Of a stretch of DNA of 64,000 bases, positions 10,553-22,959 are shown piece by piece. Made by a program: the position numbers and the translations under genes. Numbering within the stretch: position 1 is the first letter of the stretch; each line of letters begins with the position of its first letter. The notes under the pieces were generated by a model. The model was not told the origin of the DNA and ran no database searches. It saw nothing but the letters and a program-made list of their open reading frames with translations. The stretch is from Nitrospirota bacterium. GTDB taxonomy: Bacteria; Nitrospirota; Nitrospiria; Nitrospirales; Nitrospiraceae. Location of the stretch: positions 1 through 64,000 of the forward strand of contig CAVPBK010000012.1 in NCBI GenBank assembly GCA_963701855.1, read 5' to 3'.

Positions 10553-10714
10553 TCACGGCGCCACGGCTGCGGAACGGTCCACAAGCCTTTCTTCGCCTCT
10601 CGCGCTTCCTGCCCTAGCTTGTCAAGCTCTGCATCCAGTGGAGCGTACTTTCGGTACAATCAGCACCAACCGTCTTTGACGAGCTTCTGATTCAGGTTAG
10701 TACCATCCGGGAAG
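10553..10714 (-). pseudogene. Thermonuclease 3' remnant (degenerate)
   Basis: PDGTNLNQKLVKDGWC*LYRKYAPLDAELDKLGQEAREAKKGLW. Confidence 0.85.
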
Positions 10715-10724
10715 TCCGTCTTGG

Positions 10725-10796
10725 TGACATGCCCCCTCCTCCCGTCAGCCAGAAATCCTAACTCCAGATCCGACCTGGGTTAAGGGGGGCCGGTCA
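10725..10796. mobile_element. 72-bp MITE-like relic bounded by IS3-type inverted repeats
   Basis: TGACATGCCCCC ... GGGGGGCCGGTCA; the right end is identical to the IS3 IR at 30242-30254. Confidence 0.45.
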
Positions 10797-11286
10797 CAAA
10801 TCCCTGACCGACTAACAGCCCGAGCACCACCTGCGCAAGACGGCGGTAATGCTCTGGTGGGATCTCCAGGAAGCGGACACCCATTGATAATGGGCGAACG
10901 GAACAGACCATCGCTGTTTCGACATGGATCGCTTCTTCCTCCACCGTTGTCTTCAAGACCATTTCGATAAAGGATCCCTTGGGGAACCCCGTTGTCTGTA
11001 GGGTGCAGCCATCCATCGAAATCTCAGTGATTCGGTTGGTCACTGGAAACTGCATGTGGTCGAGAACCTGGGCCTCAATGGAAGTCGGAAGGCGTATGTA
11101 CTGACGCCGGTCGAACGCCTGCGTACTGTGGCGCGCACCGGCATGAAAGACACGAAAGCGATTCGTGCACAGCTGGCATCGACATGGATATACATTGATG
11201 CGGCTCAATAGGCGTTCGATCCTGCCTTCCGGGTAGGTCACGCGTACAAATGAAGTCTCACAACTCGGACAGTGCAATGCTCTCAT
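10780..11286 (-). CDS. Zinc-ribbon + PilZ domain protein
   Basis: CPSC...CQLC N-terminus, DRRQYIR and EISMDGC PilZ motifs. Confidence 0.85.
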   Translation of the reverse strand: MRALHCPSCETSFVRVTYPEGRIERLLSRINVYPCRCQLCTNRFRVFHAGARHSTQAFDRRQYIRLPTSIEAQVLDHMQFPVTNRITEISMDGCTLQTTGFPKGSFIEMVLKTTVEEEAIHVETAMVCSVRPLSMGVRFLEIPPEHYRRLAQVVLGLLVGQGFVTGPP

Positions 11287-11318
11287 GAACCAGATAGGAC
11301 CTTGCTCTGCGTCAGCCC

Positions 11319-11368
11319 TGACTTGCCCCCAGTTGTTAGGTCACCCTTCAGGTTCGTTCATGCCGACC
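11319..11368. repeat. IS3-family terminal remnant; direct repeat of 12506-12556
   Basis: TGACTTGCCCCCAGTTGTTAGG(T/C)CACCC...GTTCGTTCA(T/C)GC present at both sites. Confidence 0.7.
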
Positions 11369-11635
11369 ACCTCTAGGCAACCTTCGTACCACGTCCAATA
11401 TGACGAGCCAGCTTTTTGAATTTGCAATAAAAGGGTTAATTTCTATGGCTGATAGTTCTTCTAAGATCCAGTCTTTGAATTCATCTTGATTCTCAATGAA
11501 GAGTCATTTTGTACCCCGACTGGTGGTGACATCCCAAGAACCGCCAGATAATTCCGGGTGGTTTATCGCGATCTTCACGACGTGACAAGATGGAGAAATA
11601 GGAGGTATGCTCTCCCAACAGAAGTGAGATAAGAA

Positions 11636-12418
11636 ATGGCTTCCAACACTGTCTTACCTATTTCCAATGCCAAGCGAGGTGCTCAATCTGACTCCAAGAG
11701 TGCTAAACTTCCGCAGTCTTCTGTTCGTACAGCCTCTCTGCAGGAGCTGAAGACCGAGGCGCGTCGGTGTCGCACCCCGAAGCAATTTCAGGAACTCTTG
11801 GAGCACCTGCGAGCGTTCATCCCGTTCCAGAAATTCATCGGCTTGTGGGGCTATCCCTCGCGTACGACCATCCGCTTTATCTTTAATCAGGGGTTTCCCC
11901 CTGACTGGATGCGCTGGCGTCTCACGACCGGCGCGTTATGGACCAGTCCACTGTTTCACGAATGGCTTCGGACAAAACGAACAAACCTGTGGTGCGATGC
12001 CGTGAAGCACCTGAAGGCACAATTGGATCCTGAACTGGTGAGGCAGATGAAGCAGGCCGGTGCACAGTATGCGCTCTTCGGAGGGGTCGCCAGCCCAGCC
12101 TACTTTGTATTGATTGGTGCCGCCATGCCGTCTGCAGCGAGTGGAAGAGCGCACCTCAAGCGATTTGGTTCAATCGTTCCGTTCCTGGTCCAGGCAAGCC
12201 AGCGTGCTTATCCACGCACACTGCTCACGAAGCGCGAGATGGCCGTGCTTGAGCGTCGCGCGATGGGAGAGATTACCAAACAGATTGCGGCCTCTGAAGG
12301 GATCAGTGAGCGTACGATCCGAGAGCACTTCCAGCGCATCAAAAGGAAGCTCTATACTGATGATCTCGTAAATGCTGTCGTCATCGCGGTGAAAAGCGGC
12401 ATGGTACTTCCCACTTGA
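11636..12418 (+). CDS. LuxR-family transcriptional regulator with autoinducer-binding-like N-terminal domain
   Basis: C-terminal HTH LTKREMAVL...KQIAASEGISERTIREHFQRIKRKL; N-terminal FPPDW motif. Confidence 0.85.
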   Translation: MASNTVLPISNAKRGAQSDSKSAKLPQSSVRTASLQELKTEARRCRTPKQFQELLEHLRAFIPFQKFIGLWGYPSRTTIRFIFNQGFPPDWMRWRLTTGALWTSPLFHEWLRTKRTNLWCDAVKHLKAQLDPELVRQMKQAGAQYALFGGVASPAYFVLIGAAMPSAASGRAHLKRFGSIVPFLVQASQRAYPRTLLTKREMAVLERRAMGEITKQIAASEGISERTIREHFQRIKRKLYTDDLVNAVVIAVKSGMVLPT

Positions 12419-12505
12419 AGAAATAAAGGTGTGTCTGGGGACTCGTATCGCGAGAGGCGAAGTTAGAATCTCAGTGTGAGTGTGTCAGGCTTTCTTTGGC
12501 ACTGA

Positions 12506-12636
12506 TGACTTGCCCCCCAGTTGTTAGGCCACCCCCTCAAGTTCGTTCACGCAGACAGGCTGATCGGTGCGACGGTACGAGTCTCTGGGGCGGGTGGCCG
12601 ATACCCCAGCGCACTATGCGAGCGCTGTGTGTTATA
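12506..12636 (-). mobile_element. IS3-family right-end remnant (integrase C-terminus + IR)
   Basis: YNTQRSHSALGYRPPAPET, compare RPHRALGLRPPAPET of the IS3 near 30150-30190. Confidence 0.8.
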
Positions 12637-12740
12637 CGTGACGGAGCATTGTGCTGGGAAGCGACGATCGGAACGAATCGAGGGGGCATAGGAACCTCGC
12701 AGGGAGGCGTATTGTAGGAGAGAACTGAAGGAAGGCGCAA
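12630..12740 (-). promoter_or_regulatory. Repeated promoter + leader module (copy 3)
   Basis: TTGCGC-18nt-TACAAT, GAGG, ATGCCC; frameshifted leader SIRSDRRFPAQCSVTYN. Confidence 0.7.
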
Positions 12741-12872
12741 GGCCCGTTCTCATCGCACACCTGGGAGTGCGTGGGTATAACGAGGCCTGACTCGACTCAT
12801 ACTTCCAGACTCACGCTCTAGATCAGAACTGCTCTTCGCTTCAATGACTGATCTGAACGGCTATGCTATTTT

Positions 12873-13205
12873 TCAATCGCGAATCGTTAGGTCTACCCCA
12901 GGCGCATTCTCGGCCAACCCACTACCAGCAATAATCTCTCCATCAACGGTTGTAATCTTATACGCACACCACTCGATGTAACCTGGCATGCTAATAGTGC
13001 GATTGTCCCTTGTGTGGGCAATTATATAGCCGAAGTACGCCGTACGAACGGTGCTTGTTTGGTCGTCCTTGACTGAAACTTCTGCATCTCTAAAGTCGAC
13101 ACTCGAATTATTGATGATAGTGATTGGAATATTCACATCTAGGAACGTTCGTTTTTTCATCGCTGAACGTTGGCCTTGGAGTGATAGTACCTTGCCTCCT
13201 GACAT
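12873..13205 (-). CDS. Hypothetical protein (beta-rich, lower GC)
   Basis: GGGAGG RBS before ATG; open frame of about 110 aa. Confidence 0.5.
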   Translation of the reverse strand: MSGGKVLSLQGQRSAMKKRTFLDVNIPITIINNSSVDFRDAEVSVKDDQTSTVRTAYFGYIIAHTRDNRTISMPGYIEWCAYKITTVDGEIIAGSGLAENAPGVDLTIRD

Positions 13206-13209
13206 AGTG

Positions 13210-14402
<1,193 letters not shown>

Positions 14403-14578
14403 GCCCCCTGAGTTGTACCAGCCGCAATGTGAGTCAGGCGTATTGTTGGTCTCACAGAACCTCCAAACAAGCAGCGTTCAAAGAGTGTGCGGCAAACCTG
14501 CAAAGCCTGGTGCTACGTTCCCGAGGCTGGATCTAACGGAGAATGCATCGCAGGTTGCTGCATGTATCCCGTCCCGCA

Positions 14579-16264
14579 TCAGTCGAGCCGATTTGCCTTG
14601 GCCATCGACCGTCCTGCACTCCGAAGGGACTCGGGACAGTCCAACCGATCGGTGTGAATTTCGATGAAGACGAGGGCATCTGTGGTGACAGCCTTACCCA
14701 GCGCATCTTCGAGTTCCCCTTCCGTACGGACCTCAAGGCCCAACCCACCTCCGAATACGTCGACCAGCTGGTGATACTGCCAGGGTTGAATATCGTTGTA
14801 GGGGCGATCACAGATCACCCGTTCGATCGTATAACCGTCATTATTGATGAGAAAGATGATCGGCTTGAGATGGTTCCGGATCATCGTCGACAGGTCCTGA
14901 CCAGTCACTTGAAACGAACCATCCCCCACAAACAGGACGGTACGCCGATCCTGCGCGGCCAGACTAGCGCCCAAGGTTGCTCCGACGGTATAGCCAATCG
15001 ATCCGTAGAAGGTCTGCCCTATGAACGTCACTCCGTCCGGCATGAGCATTTCTGCGGCACTGAACAGGGACACGCCTGTTTCAGCAATGACGATTGAATC
15101 CGGTGCAATGAAATGGCTCACACGGTCGAAGAAACGCTTGATGGTAAGCGGTGTCGGCGCATTCGGCCGGAATGGCTCCGTATGTCGGTGTACGCAGCCA
15201 TCGGTGGCACGATGAATCTCGAGGGTGTTCGGGTCTCGGGGTGAAAGCTTTTCCGTCAACCCGAGGATAAAATCGTGGAGAGATACGTTCTCGTAATGAT
15301 GATGTTTGATCTTCACGGAATGGATGTTGGCACAGATCGTCTTGGACGCATCGAGATGGGTGGTGAACCCACCCGTGTTCAGATCGGTCATCAAGGCTCC
15401 CAGTTGTAGCACGCAGTCAGCGGACTCGACCCGCTTCCGTACATAGTCGCGACTCCGATCTCCCTCAAAGAGGCCAATGAATTGTGGGTGGTGCTCTGAA
15501 AGAACGGTCTTACCCAACATCATGGTGACGTACGGAAAACCCGTCTTGTCGAGAAAGCCGGCGAAGGTGTTTTGCAGCTTGAAGCGGATTAACTCTACGT
15601 CGGCGATCACAACGGGTTTCTGTGCCACATCCAGCATTCCCATCGCTTCCTTGATCGCCTCCCTGAGCGCCTCTTGATCACTGGGGGCAGGCGTGGGAAA
15701 GAGGAACGCACTCGGCCGATGACATGTCTTCATCACCACGTCTGCGGGGAGACTAATGTAGACCGGTTGCTGGTGAGAAAGACAGGCCGACAACACCCGG
15801 TCGATCTCGGCCGGGGCCATGTCTGCGGACATGAGCTGGGTTGAGGCGGCGGTGATTTTCTCATAGATCCGCAAGGGAATCTGATAATCGCCCAAGGTGT
15901 GATGCAACAACGGCCGTGTACGGAAATTCGCCGTCGCAGGGGAGCCCGTAATCACTATCACCGGGACTCGTTCGGCAAATGCTCCCGCCACACCATTGAG
16001 GGCACTCAGTTCTCCGACCCCATAGGTTGAGGAAAATGCCCCGATACCTCGAATACGTGCATAGCCGTCGGCAGCATACGCCGCATTGAGTTCATTGCAG
16101 GTACCGACATACTGCAGATTGCTCTTCAATACCTGGTTGAAGAAACCCAGTACAAAATCTCCCGGCACGCCAAAGAGGTGATCCACTCCGATCTCTTTCA
16201 GCCGGGTTAACAGATATTCAGCAACCGTGACCTCCGAACTGATCATACTTGGTACACACCTCAT
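14579..16264 (-). CDS. TPP-dependent alpha-keto acid decarboxylase (pyruvate/indolepyruvate decarboxylase family)
   Basis: FGVPGDF, CNELNAAYAADGYAR, LHHTLG, TPP motif GDGSFQ...NNDGYTIER. Confidence 0.93.
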   Translation of the reverse strand: MRCVPSMISSEVTVAEYLLTRLKEIGVDHLFGVPGDFVLGFFNQVLKSNLQYVGTCNELNAAYAADGYARIRGIGAFSSTYGVGELSALNGVAGAFAERVPVIVITGSPATANFRTRPLLHHTLGDYQIPLRIYEKITAASTQLMSADMAPAEIDRVLSACLSHQQPVYISLPADVVMKTCHRPSAFLFPTPAPSDQEALREAIKEAMGMLDVAQKPVVIADVELIRFKLQNTFAGFLDKTGFPYVTMMLGKTVLSEHHPQFIGLFEGDRSRDYVRKRVESADCVLQLGALMTDLNTGGFTTHLDASKTICANIHSVKIKHHHYENVSLHDFILGLTEKLSPRDPNTLEIHRATDGCVHRHTEPFRPNAPTPLTIKRFFDRVSHFIAPDSIVIAETGVSLFSAAEMLMPDGVTFIGQTFYGSIGYTVGATLGASLAAQDRRTVLFVGDGSFQVTGQDLSTMIRNHLKPIIFLINNDGYTIERVICDRPYNDIQPWQYHQLVDVFGGGLGLEVRTEGELEDALGKAVTTDALVFIEIHTDRLDCPESLRSAGRSMAKANRLD

Positions 16265-16767
16265 CCCATTGCTTAAGGGCGCATAGCGGAGATAGACGTA
16301 TCGCTCGAGCTGTACCGACATCCTGTCAGGTCATTATCGATACACGTGCCTTGGGGATCAAAGAGAGACCGCCCTATATGCATGTTGTTTATATTGCAGG
16401 TAGCTGGTGATCTCGGTTGAGCGTAAGCGGTATAATGCGCTCACGATTTTTTCGGATCGGCCCAATATTGCTTCATAATTGCCCCCTCTGTGATGGCGTC
16501 TCGATCCCTTTCTCTCTAACTCCGGTTTCTTGCGTCGGTTTCGTTTTCATCTCCGTCTCCTGGATGTTTGTGTGGAACATTCTATGAAATCCCTAAGAAG
16601 GGCGTGGGTCTGGGAGTTCAAGCGACGATAATGCTCAATGAGGCCAGACCCTCCAGAACTTGTTCGTGAGGAAATGGGATCGTCACCTGTGAAAGGATTC
16701 GGTGAAGTATGCCGAGAAGACCGCATACGGTCTGGTCACAGCGCTTGCCAGGCTCTCTTAAAGGCAC

Positions 16768-16959
16768 TCATGCCTCATGTTTTATAATCACCTCACCACA
16801 GATAATGCAGTAATACTCGCCGGTCAGATAGCAGCCCGTCCCATCGATCTCCAATTCCAGCGTACAATGATCACAGGTTGGTGGATCTGTCAGCAATCTC
16901 CACTGTGCTTGTAAGTCGACAGCTCGACAGCTCTTGTGCCTGTCATCGGACTTCCCCAC
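16768..16959 (-). CDS. Small Cys/His-rich protein, possibly 5'-truncated
   Basis: CDHCTLELE...YYCIICGE; paralogue of 1256-1429. Confidence 0.5.
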   Translation of the reverse strand: MGKSDDRHKSCRAVDLQAQWRLLTDPPTCDHCTLELEIDGTGCYLTGEYYCIICGEVIIKHEA

Positions 16960-17096
16960 TGGTTCGTTGGCTACAATCTAACATCCGCTCGCTTCTGCAG
17001 GACTGGGACAAACCCTAGGATCGTGCTCTCATAGATCTATGTTAAGTTCGTCACCGCTTCGGCTAGGTCCATGGTCTGTCCTCTCCTGGTTGGGGG

Positions 17097-17149
17097 AGAG
17101 GGGTCAAGTTCACATGATGAGAGGGGTCAATTTGGCATGATTACTGACA
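17097..17149. mobile_element. IS21-like terminal remnant
   Basis: Two AGAGGGGTCAA repeats 23 nt apart ending in TGACA, the layout of IS21 ends. Confidence 0.55.
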
Positions 17150-17581
17150 CCGCGGGTTGATGGCCCCATATATAGCACCAACAGTAGGCGCAAACACGAT
17201 CGCAAATTTTCAGCGAAAGTTCCCCGAATTTCATTTAGCAAGGGGGGGCGAACCTCTAGTCGGCTAGGGGCTGGGTGTGCGCCAGGGGGAGGCGCACACG
17301 AAGAGAGTTCAAGGGATACGGGATATAAGGCACCTCATCTAGCCCGGCAATTTCTTAACGAGCGGGCATTAAACCCGTCGAACATCAATCGTACTGGTAG
17401 CTATGTGGTAGCAGAGCATTCTAACCACTCGTTCTCTCAAGCGACTTTGATAGAGAAGCAAACTAACAAACCGCAAGTCGATTCTTTAAAATAGCGAGGA
17501 AGTTGGCGAGGCAGGTTTAGTTCACCATTTTTCATGTCCAGCTGGGTCTTGGAAGAAGTCCCAACCGGCCTGAATCATTGA

Positions 17582-18022
<441 letters not shown>

Positions 18023-18152
18023 TCGTTTCCACTTCGAGGTTCCGTGCCACGTTTAGGCTGCTGAGAACGCTGCCGGCACACTGTTCTCAGATGAAGTACG
18101 AAGAGAAGAATATACAACTATATGTGCCTTGGCATGACCGAAACGATTAGTC

Positions 18153-18455
18153 ATGGCTGATAAAATTCCAAAAGCAATTTCTAATGCAACTGTCATTAAG
18201 GTTTTAGCTAAAGTCTTTGCTTTCCAAGCCATCGAGATCAACCTATTGCGTTCGCATGCTGGAATATCCGATGCCAATTGGAAAACCCTTAAGACCGAAG
18301 CCTTTAAGAAAGCCTACGCGAAGCAACGCTCTTTTTATGAAGATCGCTTGACGGGTGCGTTCGCTTTAGAGCGCATTTCCCAGTCTGAACGCGAGACAAG
18401 ACTTCTTGAACTCTGGCTAAATCAGAGTGAGGATTCCTCCAAAGACGAACCGTGA
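18153..18455 (+). CDS. Hypothetical protein (AT-richer)
   Basis: 100-aa ATG ORF, no motif recognised. Confidence 0.45.
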   Translation: MADKIPKAISNATVIKVLAKVFAFQAIEINLLRSHAGISDANWKTLKTEAFKKAYAKQRSFYEDRLTGAFALERISQSERETRLLELWLNQSEDSSKDEP

Positions 18456-19026
18456 ACCAGTGCTCTCAGCATGAGAACATGCCCTTTGCTGCGAGTGACA
18501 CCACCCGTTGGAAACAGTTTCTGACGCAGGGATTGACATCCATCGATCCTCTCTTCTGCTACCACGTTGCTACCAGGACAGGACAACCCATCCCCATCTG
18601 TCCTCACTTGGGCAGTTCCACGATTGTGGTTTGTTGTGGGATTAGGTTGTCTGAGGTTGGATCGTCTGAATTTCGTAAATCGCAGGTCGGCGGCCCATAA
18701 AGCACCAACGGCAGGCGGAAACACGCTCACAAATTATATATGGACCCAGCCTGCGGTGCCACGACGGTGTGTCACGCGATGCACCAGGTTAAAACATGGC
18801 TGCGTCTATATATCCGGCATCTTGGTGGACAATCAATGTGTCCGGGCCTTGATGACATACGCGCGCATTCTCCTCATGAGCACAACGGCCTTGTTTGGGC
18901 CGACAATGTGTCCAGGGTCTGAACGCGCCGGGTGTCCCTCTGATGTCATCACGGATCGTCCGCGCTGCACTCCTTGGTGTGAATCCTCCTGGTGTGATGC
19001 GGTTCGCTGCTCCCTCGCAAAGACCC

Positions 19027-20061
19027 TTACGACCCTGCCGGCGCCGAGGCGGGTGGTCGATACGGCGCATCATGGGCCAACAAGGCCCAGATGACTCGGG
19101 CATTGTTGTTGGCTCAGGCCACCGCGGCCACATGGGCACCGTTGCGGTGTGTGAGCGCGCACAGCCATCGCCCCTGTGTATCGGTTCGTCGCTCGGCTCG
19201 CTGCACGACGGCGCGCGCCCCATGAATCAGCCGCGTCCGCACGTACCGACTGCCGCGTTTCGAAATCCCGCCTACCCGTTCCTTGCCCCCACCGGAATAT
19301 TGTCGAGGCACCAGGCCCAACCAGGCCGCCAGATGGCGTCCATTGCGAAACGCCTGGGGCCGACCGACGGTCGCCACCAGCGCGGTGGCCGTCAACGGCC
19401 CAATCCCCGGCACCGCCGCCGGTTTCTGGCAGACTGGATGCGTCCGATACACGCGCTCGATTCGGTGCGTCACTTGTTCGATACGCGCGTCGAGCTCCGT
19501 CAGTTGCTCAGACAACTCGGCGAAGGTGTCTCAGACACATGCGGTCAATCCCGACGCCGCGTCATCCAAAAAACGAACGACGGCGGGCCGGACCTTCTCC
19601 GAGGATGATGCGATGACCAACCTATACTCAGCCAACAAGCCCCGAATCTGATTGAGGACGGCGGCGCGGTGTTTCATGAAGAGCGATCGCGTGCGATGCA
19701 CGGCCTGCATATCGGCTTGTTCGACTGTCTTGATCGACACAAAGCGCATGGTGGGTCGGCCCACCGCTTCGCAGATCGCTTCCGCATCGCGCCCCTCATG
19801 CTTGTTGATCTTGACGTAGGGCTTGACATACTTCGGGTGCATCAGCTTGACCGTATGCCCGAGCTGTTCAAACGCTTGACCCCAGTGCTGCGCACTCCCG
19901 CATGCCTCCATCCCGATCACACAGGCCGGTAGGTTTGCCACCGCCTGCAACAACTGATTGCGCTTCACGCGTCGACTGAGCACCGCGCGCCCTCGCGCAT
20001 CTACCCCGTGCAACTGGAACAAGTTTTTCGCCACATCGATTCCCAAGGTCGTAGTGTGCAT
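19027..20061 (-). pseudogene. IS110-family (IS1111-group-like) transposase pseudogene
   Basis: GIDVAKNLFQLHGVD, IGMEACG, VPGIGPLTA, WLGLVPRQYSGGG; in-frame TGA at about 19531 and 19114; long downstream non-coding end to about 18736. Confidence 0.9.
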
Positions 20062-20533
20062 GACAGCCCCTCCCTTCTTCCTGCTGATGAGTGTAGGTTG
20101 TGCGCTCTCACAACCCCATCTTGCCTCGTGCTGCGCGCTTATAGGAAAACGATTTTGAGATAAGTTCTAGTTTCGAGGTGGGTGAGAAAAACCGTGTTCG
20201 ACGCCCTGCACGATACTCTCAAACCCACACGCCCGGCCCCGAGCGCATTTGGGGATTAGAAGTTCAGGACTCTCTGCACACGCTGATTGCGATCAAGTTT
20301 CCACAGCCTCTTCCTCAGTATTGACAAGAAGAGCTCTGTCTAAGAATGATGTCGCATTCTCATTTGCAGAGTGGGCGTCAAATCAGCGGGTGAGAGGAAG
20401 TGCGGACACGGTCCTAACCCAGGTGATAGGTGGACTGGTTTAGGCGTAGGAGCAGCGGTTTAGCAAGAAAAGTGTCTTTCACTGTCCTACTCCATTAAGC
20501 GGGAGACGATACTCTGCTGAGACGGACGCTTCG

Positions 20534-21583
20534 TCACTTGCCATCAGCCCGCTGCTCCGTGATCGAAACTTTCCCCCAGAAGACATAGTGGGCATAGACC
20601 TGGTAGACGATGATCAACACAAATCCGATGACAAACCACACGACTCCGGCTTGCAGACCGTAAGAATTGGTGGTGGCATTGAAGATGGTGAGACTGTTTG
20701 CCTGGTCCGTCGTCGCGATTAGGATGTTGGGATAGTACCCCCAGGCGACACTTCCGAGCAGAGCAAGTATGAGCAGGCTTGAGGTCATGAAGGCTGCCAC
20801 ATCGTAGTGTCGTCGTCGTAACACAAGCATCGCGACAATGGCGATCGCTCCGCCGATGGGAAAAATATTGCCCACCGGATGGGCGGTATAATTGACCAGA
20901 AGATTCGGCTGTACGATCGTGATCCCAAGCCTCACCAGGAGCGCGCTCCCAAGCGCCACCCAGCCCATCAGGTTTGCCGTGGCCACAGCCCGCGCATAGA
21001 GGGCGCCCTCGGTTTTCATCGCGAGGTAGTTGGCTCCATGCACGGCCAAGATCGCGACACTGGCAAGTCCCATCAGCACAGTGAACCAATCCAGAATCCC
21101 TGGCTCTGGACCCGTGAAGAAGTCTGTCCACAGCGCGACGAAGAAATAGCCCTCGCGATTCAGCGGCACACCGCGAATCAAGTTGCCGAGCGCGGCGCCG
21201 AAGACAAAGGCCAGCGAGAGACTCGCGGCCGAAAAGATGACGTCGCACAACTGCCACCACAGCGGATGCTCCACACGCGACCGCAATTCAAACGCCAGTC
21301 CACGGAACATGAGCAGCCACAGTACAAGGATCAGCGCGAGGTAGAAACCGCTGAAGCCGGACGCATAGGCCTTGGGAAACGCGAAGAACAGTATCCCGGC
21401 TGCTCCGATCAACCAGACTTCGTTCCCGTTCCACACCGGGCCGATCGCGTCGTGCATCGCCTCGCGGTCTGCCTCACTTCGCCCAAGGAATGGATAGAGG
21501 ATTCCTACGCCGAAATCAAAGCCGTCGAGCACCACGTAGAGGCCCAGCATCAGCGTCACTGCTGTGTACCAAAAGGTCTCCAT
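20534..21583 (-). CDS. cydB: Cytochrome bd ubiquinol oxidase subunit II
   Basis: LDGFDFGVG, IGPVWNGNEVWLI motifs; multi-TM. Confidence 0.95.
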   Translation of the reverse strand: METFWYTAVTLMLGLYVVLDGFDFGVGILYPFLGRSEADREAMHDAIGPVWNGNEVWLIGAAGILFFAFPKAYASGFSGFYLALILVLWLLMFRGLAFELRSRVEHPLWWQLCDVIFSAASLSLAFVFGAALGNLIRGVPLNREGYFFVALWTDFFTGPEPGILDWFTVLMGLASVAILAVHGANYLAMKTEGALYARAVATANLMGWVALGSALLVRLGITIVQPNLLVNYTAHPVGNIFPIGGAIAIVAMLVLRRRHYDVAAFMTSSLLILALLGSVAWGYYPNILIATTDQANSLTIFNATTNSYGLQAGVVWFVIGFVLIIVYQVYAHYVFWGKVSITEQRADGK

Positions 21584-21585
21584 GA

Positions 21586-22959
21586 TCAGTATCCGTGGCC
21601 GTCCTTTCCATCAACAGCCAGCCTGCCCGCCTTCAGAACCAGTGGCATCGGCCCCTCACGGATGGCTTGACCCATGAGGAATAGAAATACCAGTCCCAAC
21701 AAGCAGTACAGGCCCAGGAATCCCAGTAATGTGAACAAGACATTGCCCGAGTGCACGAGTGGTGAGGCGCCCTCAGCGGTGCGCAACAAACCATATACCA
21801 GCCACGGTTGGCGGCCCAGCTCCGTCGTCATCCAACCGGCCGTCGTGGCGATATAGGGGAAGGGGGCTGAGAGGAGGAGCAGCCACAACAGCCATTTTGA
21901 CCGAAACAACCAGCCACGCCACAGCATCAAGAGCGAAAGACTCATCACCGACGCCAGGATCGTCCCGAGACCCGCCATGATGTGATACGCGTAATACAGC
22001 AGCGGGATATTGTCCGGCCATTGCTCCTTCGGAAATGCATCGAGCCCTTTCAATTCAGCCTGCAGTTCCTCGTAGATCAGAAAACTTAACATTCTCGGAA
22101 TCACCAGCGGATTATCGATCGTTAAGGTCTCCATGTTCGGTTGCCCGACGAAAATCAACCCGGCGCCGCGCTCGGTCCGGAATAGGCCTTCAAAGGCCGC
22201 GCCCTTGAGCGGTTGATGCGCGAAGACCTGTTTGGCGTTGCCGTCTCCTGTCGGAAAGATCATGAGCACACAGGCAATGGCGCCGGCCATGACTCCCGTC
22301 TGCACGAATGTTTTGGCATAGGTCATGTGGAGACCCATGAGAACATACAGCGCGCCCACGGCCGCCATGACGCAAGACGCCGTCACGACGGCGGCCGTCA
22401 TGGTGTGCGCGTATTGCCAGAAGATCCACGGATTCGTCAGAAGGCCGGTCAGGCTATTCACGAACACGCGCCCATCTTGAGCCAGTGAATAGGCGACAGG
22501 ATGTTGCATCCAGGCATTCGTCGCGATGATGAAATAGCCGGACAGCCATGCGCCGAGAAAGAGCATCACTGTCGCCATCCATTGAACCCATACGGTGAAA
22601 CGCTTGTCGCCGAAGAGCAAGATACCCAGGAACGACGATTCGAGGAAGAAGGCAAAGATGCCCTCCATCGCTAAGGTTTGGCCGATCACACCGCCCGCAA
22701 AAGTAGAGAACTTCGCCCAATTCGTGCCGAACTGAAATTCCAGCGGAATGCCGGTGACGACGCCGAACGCGAAATTGAGAGCAAAAATCTTGGTCCAGAA
22801 CTTCGCCACCTCGTGATAATGGATATCGCCCGTCATGAGCGCGCGTGTCCGGAAATAAAGAAGCAGCAAGGCCAGCCCCATGGTCAGCTGAGGAAAGAGG
22901 TAATGGAAGGTGACAGTGATGGTAAATTGGAGGCGGTCGTAGAGCAGGGCGGTTTCCAT
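21586..22959 (-). CDS. cydA: Cytochrome bd ubiquinol oxidase subunit I
   Basis: FHYLFPQLTMGL, EFQFGTNW, ANAWMQHP-like, ELGRQPWLVYG motifs. Confidence 0.95.
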   Translation of the reverse strand: METALLYDRLQFTITVTFHYLFPQLTMGLALLLLYFRTRALMTGDIHYHEVAKFWTKIFALNFAFGVVTGIPLEFQFGTNWAKFSTFAGGVIGQTLAMEGIFAFFLESSFLGILLFGDKRFTVWVQWMATVMLFLGAWLSGYFIIATNAWMQHPVAYSLAQDGRVFVNSLTGLLTNPWIFWQYAHTMTAAVVTASCVMAAVGALYVLMGLHMTYAKTFVQTGVMAGAIACVLMIFPTGDGNAKQVFAHQPLKGAAFEGLFRTERGAGLIFVGQPNMETLTIDNPLVIPRMLSFLIYEELQAELKGLDAFPKEQWPDNIPLLYYAYHIMAGLGTILASVMSLSLLMLWRGWLFRSKWLLWLLLLSAPFPYIATTAGWMTTELGRQPWLVYGLLRTAEGASPLVHSGNVLFTLLGFLGLYCLLGLVFLFLMGQAIREGPMPLVLKAGRLAVDGKDGHGY

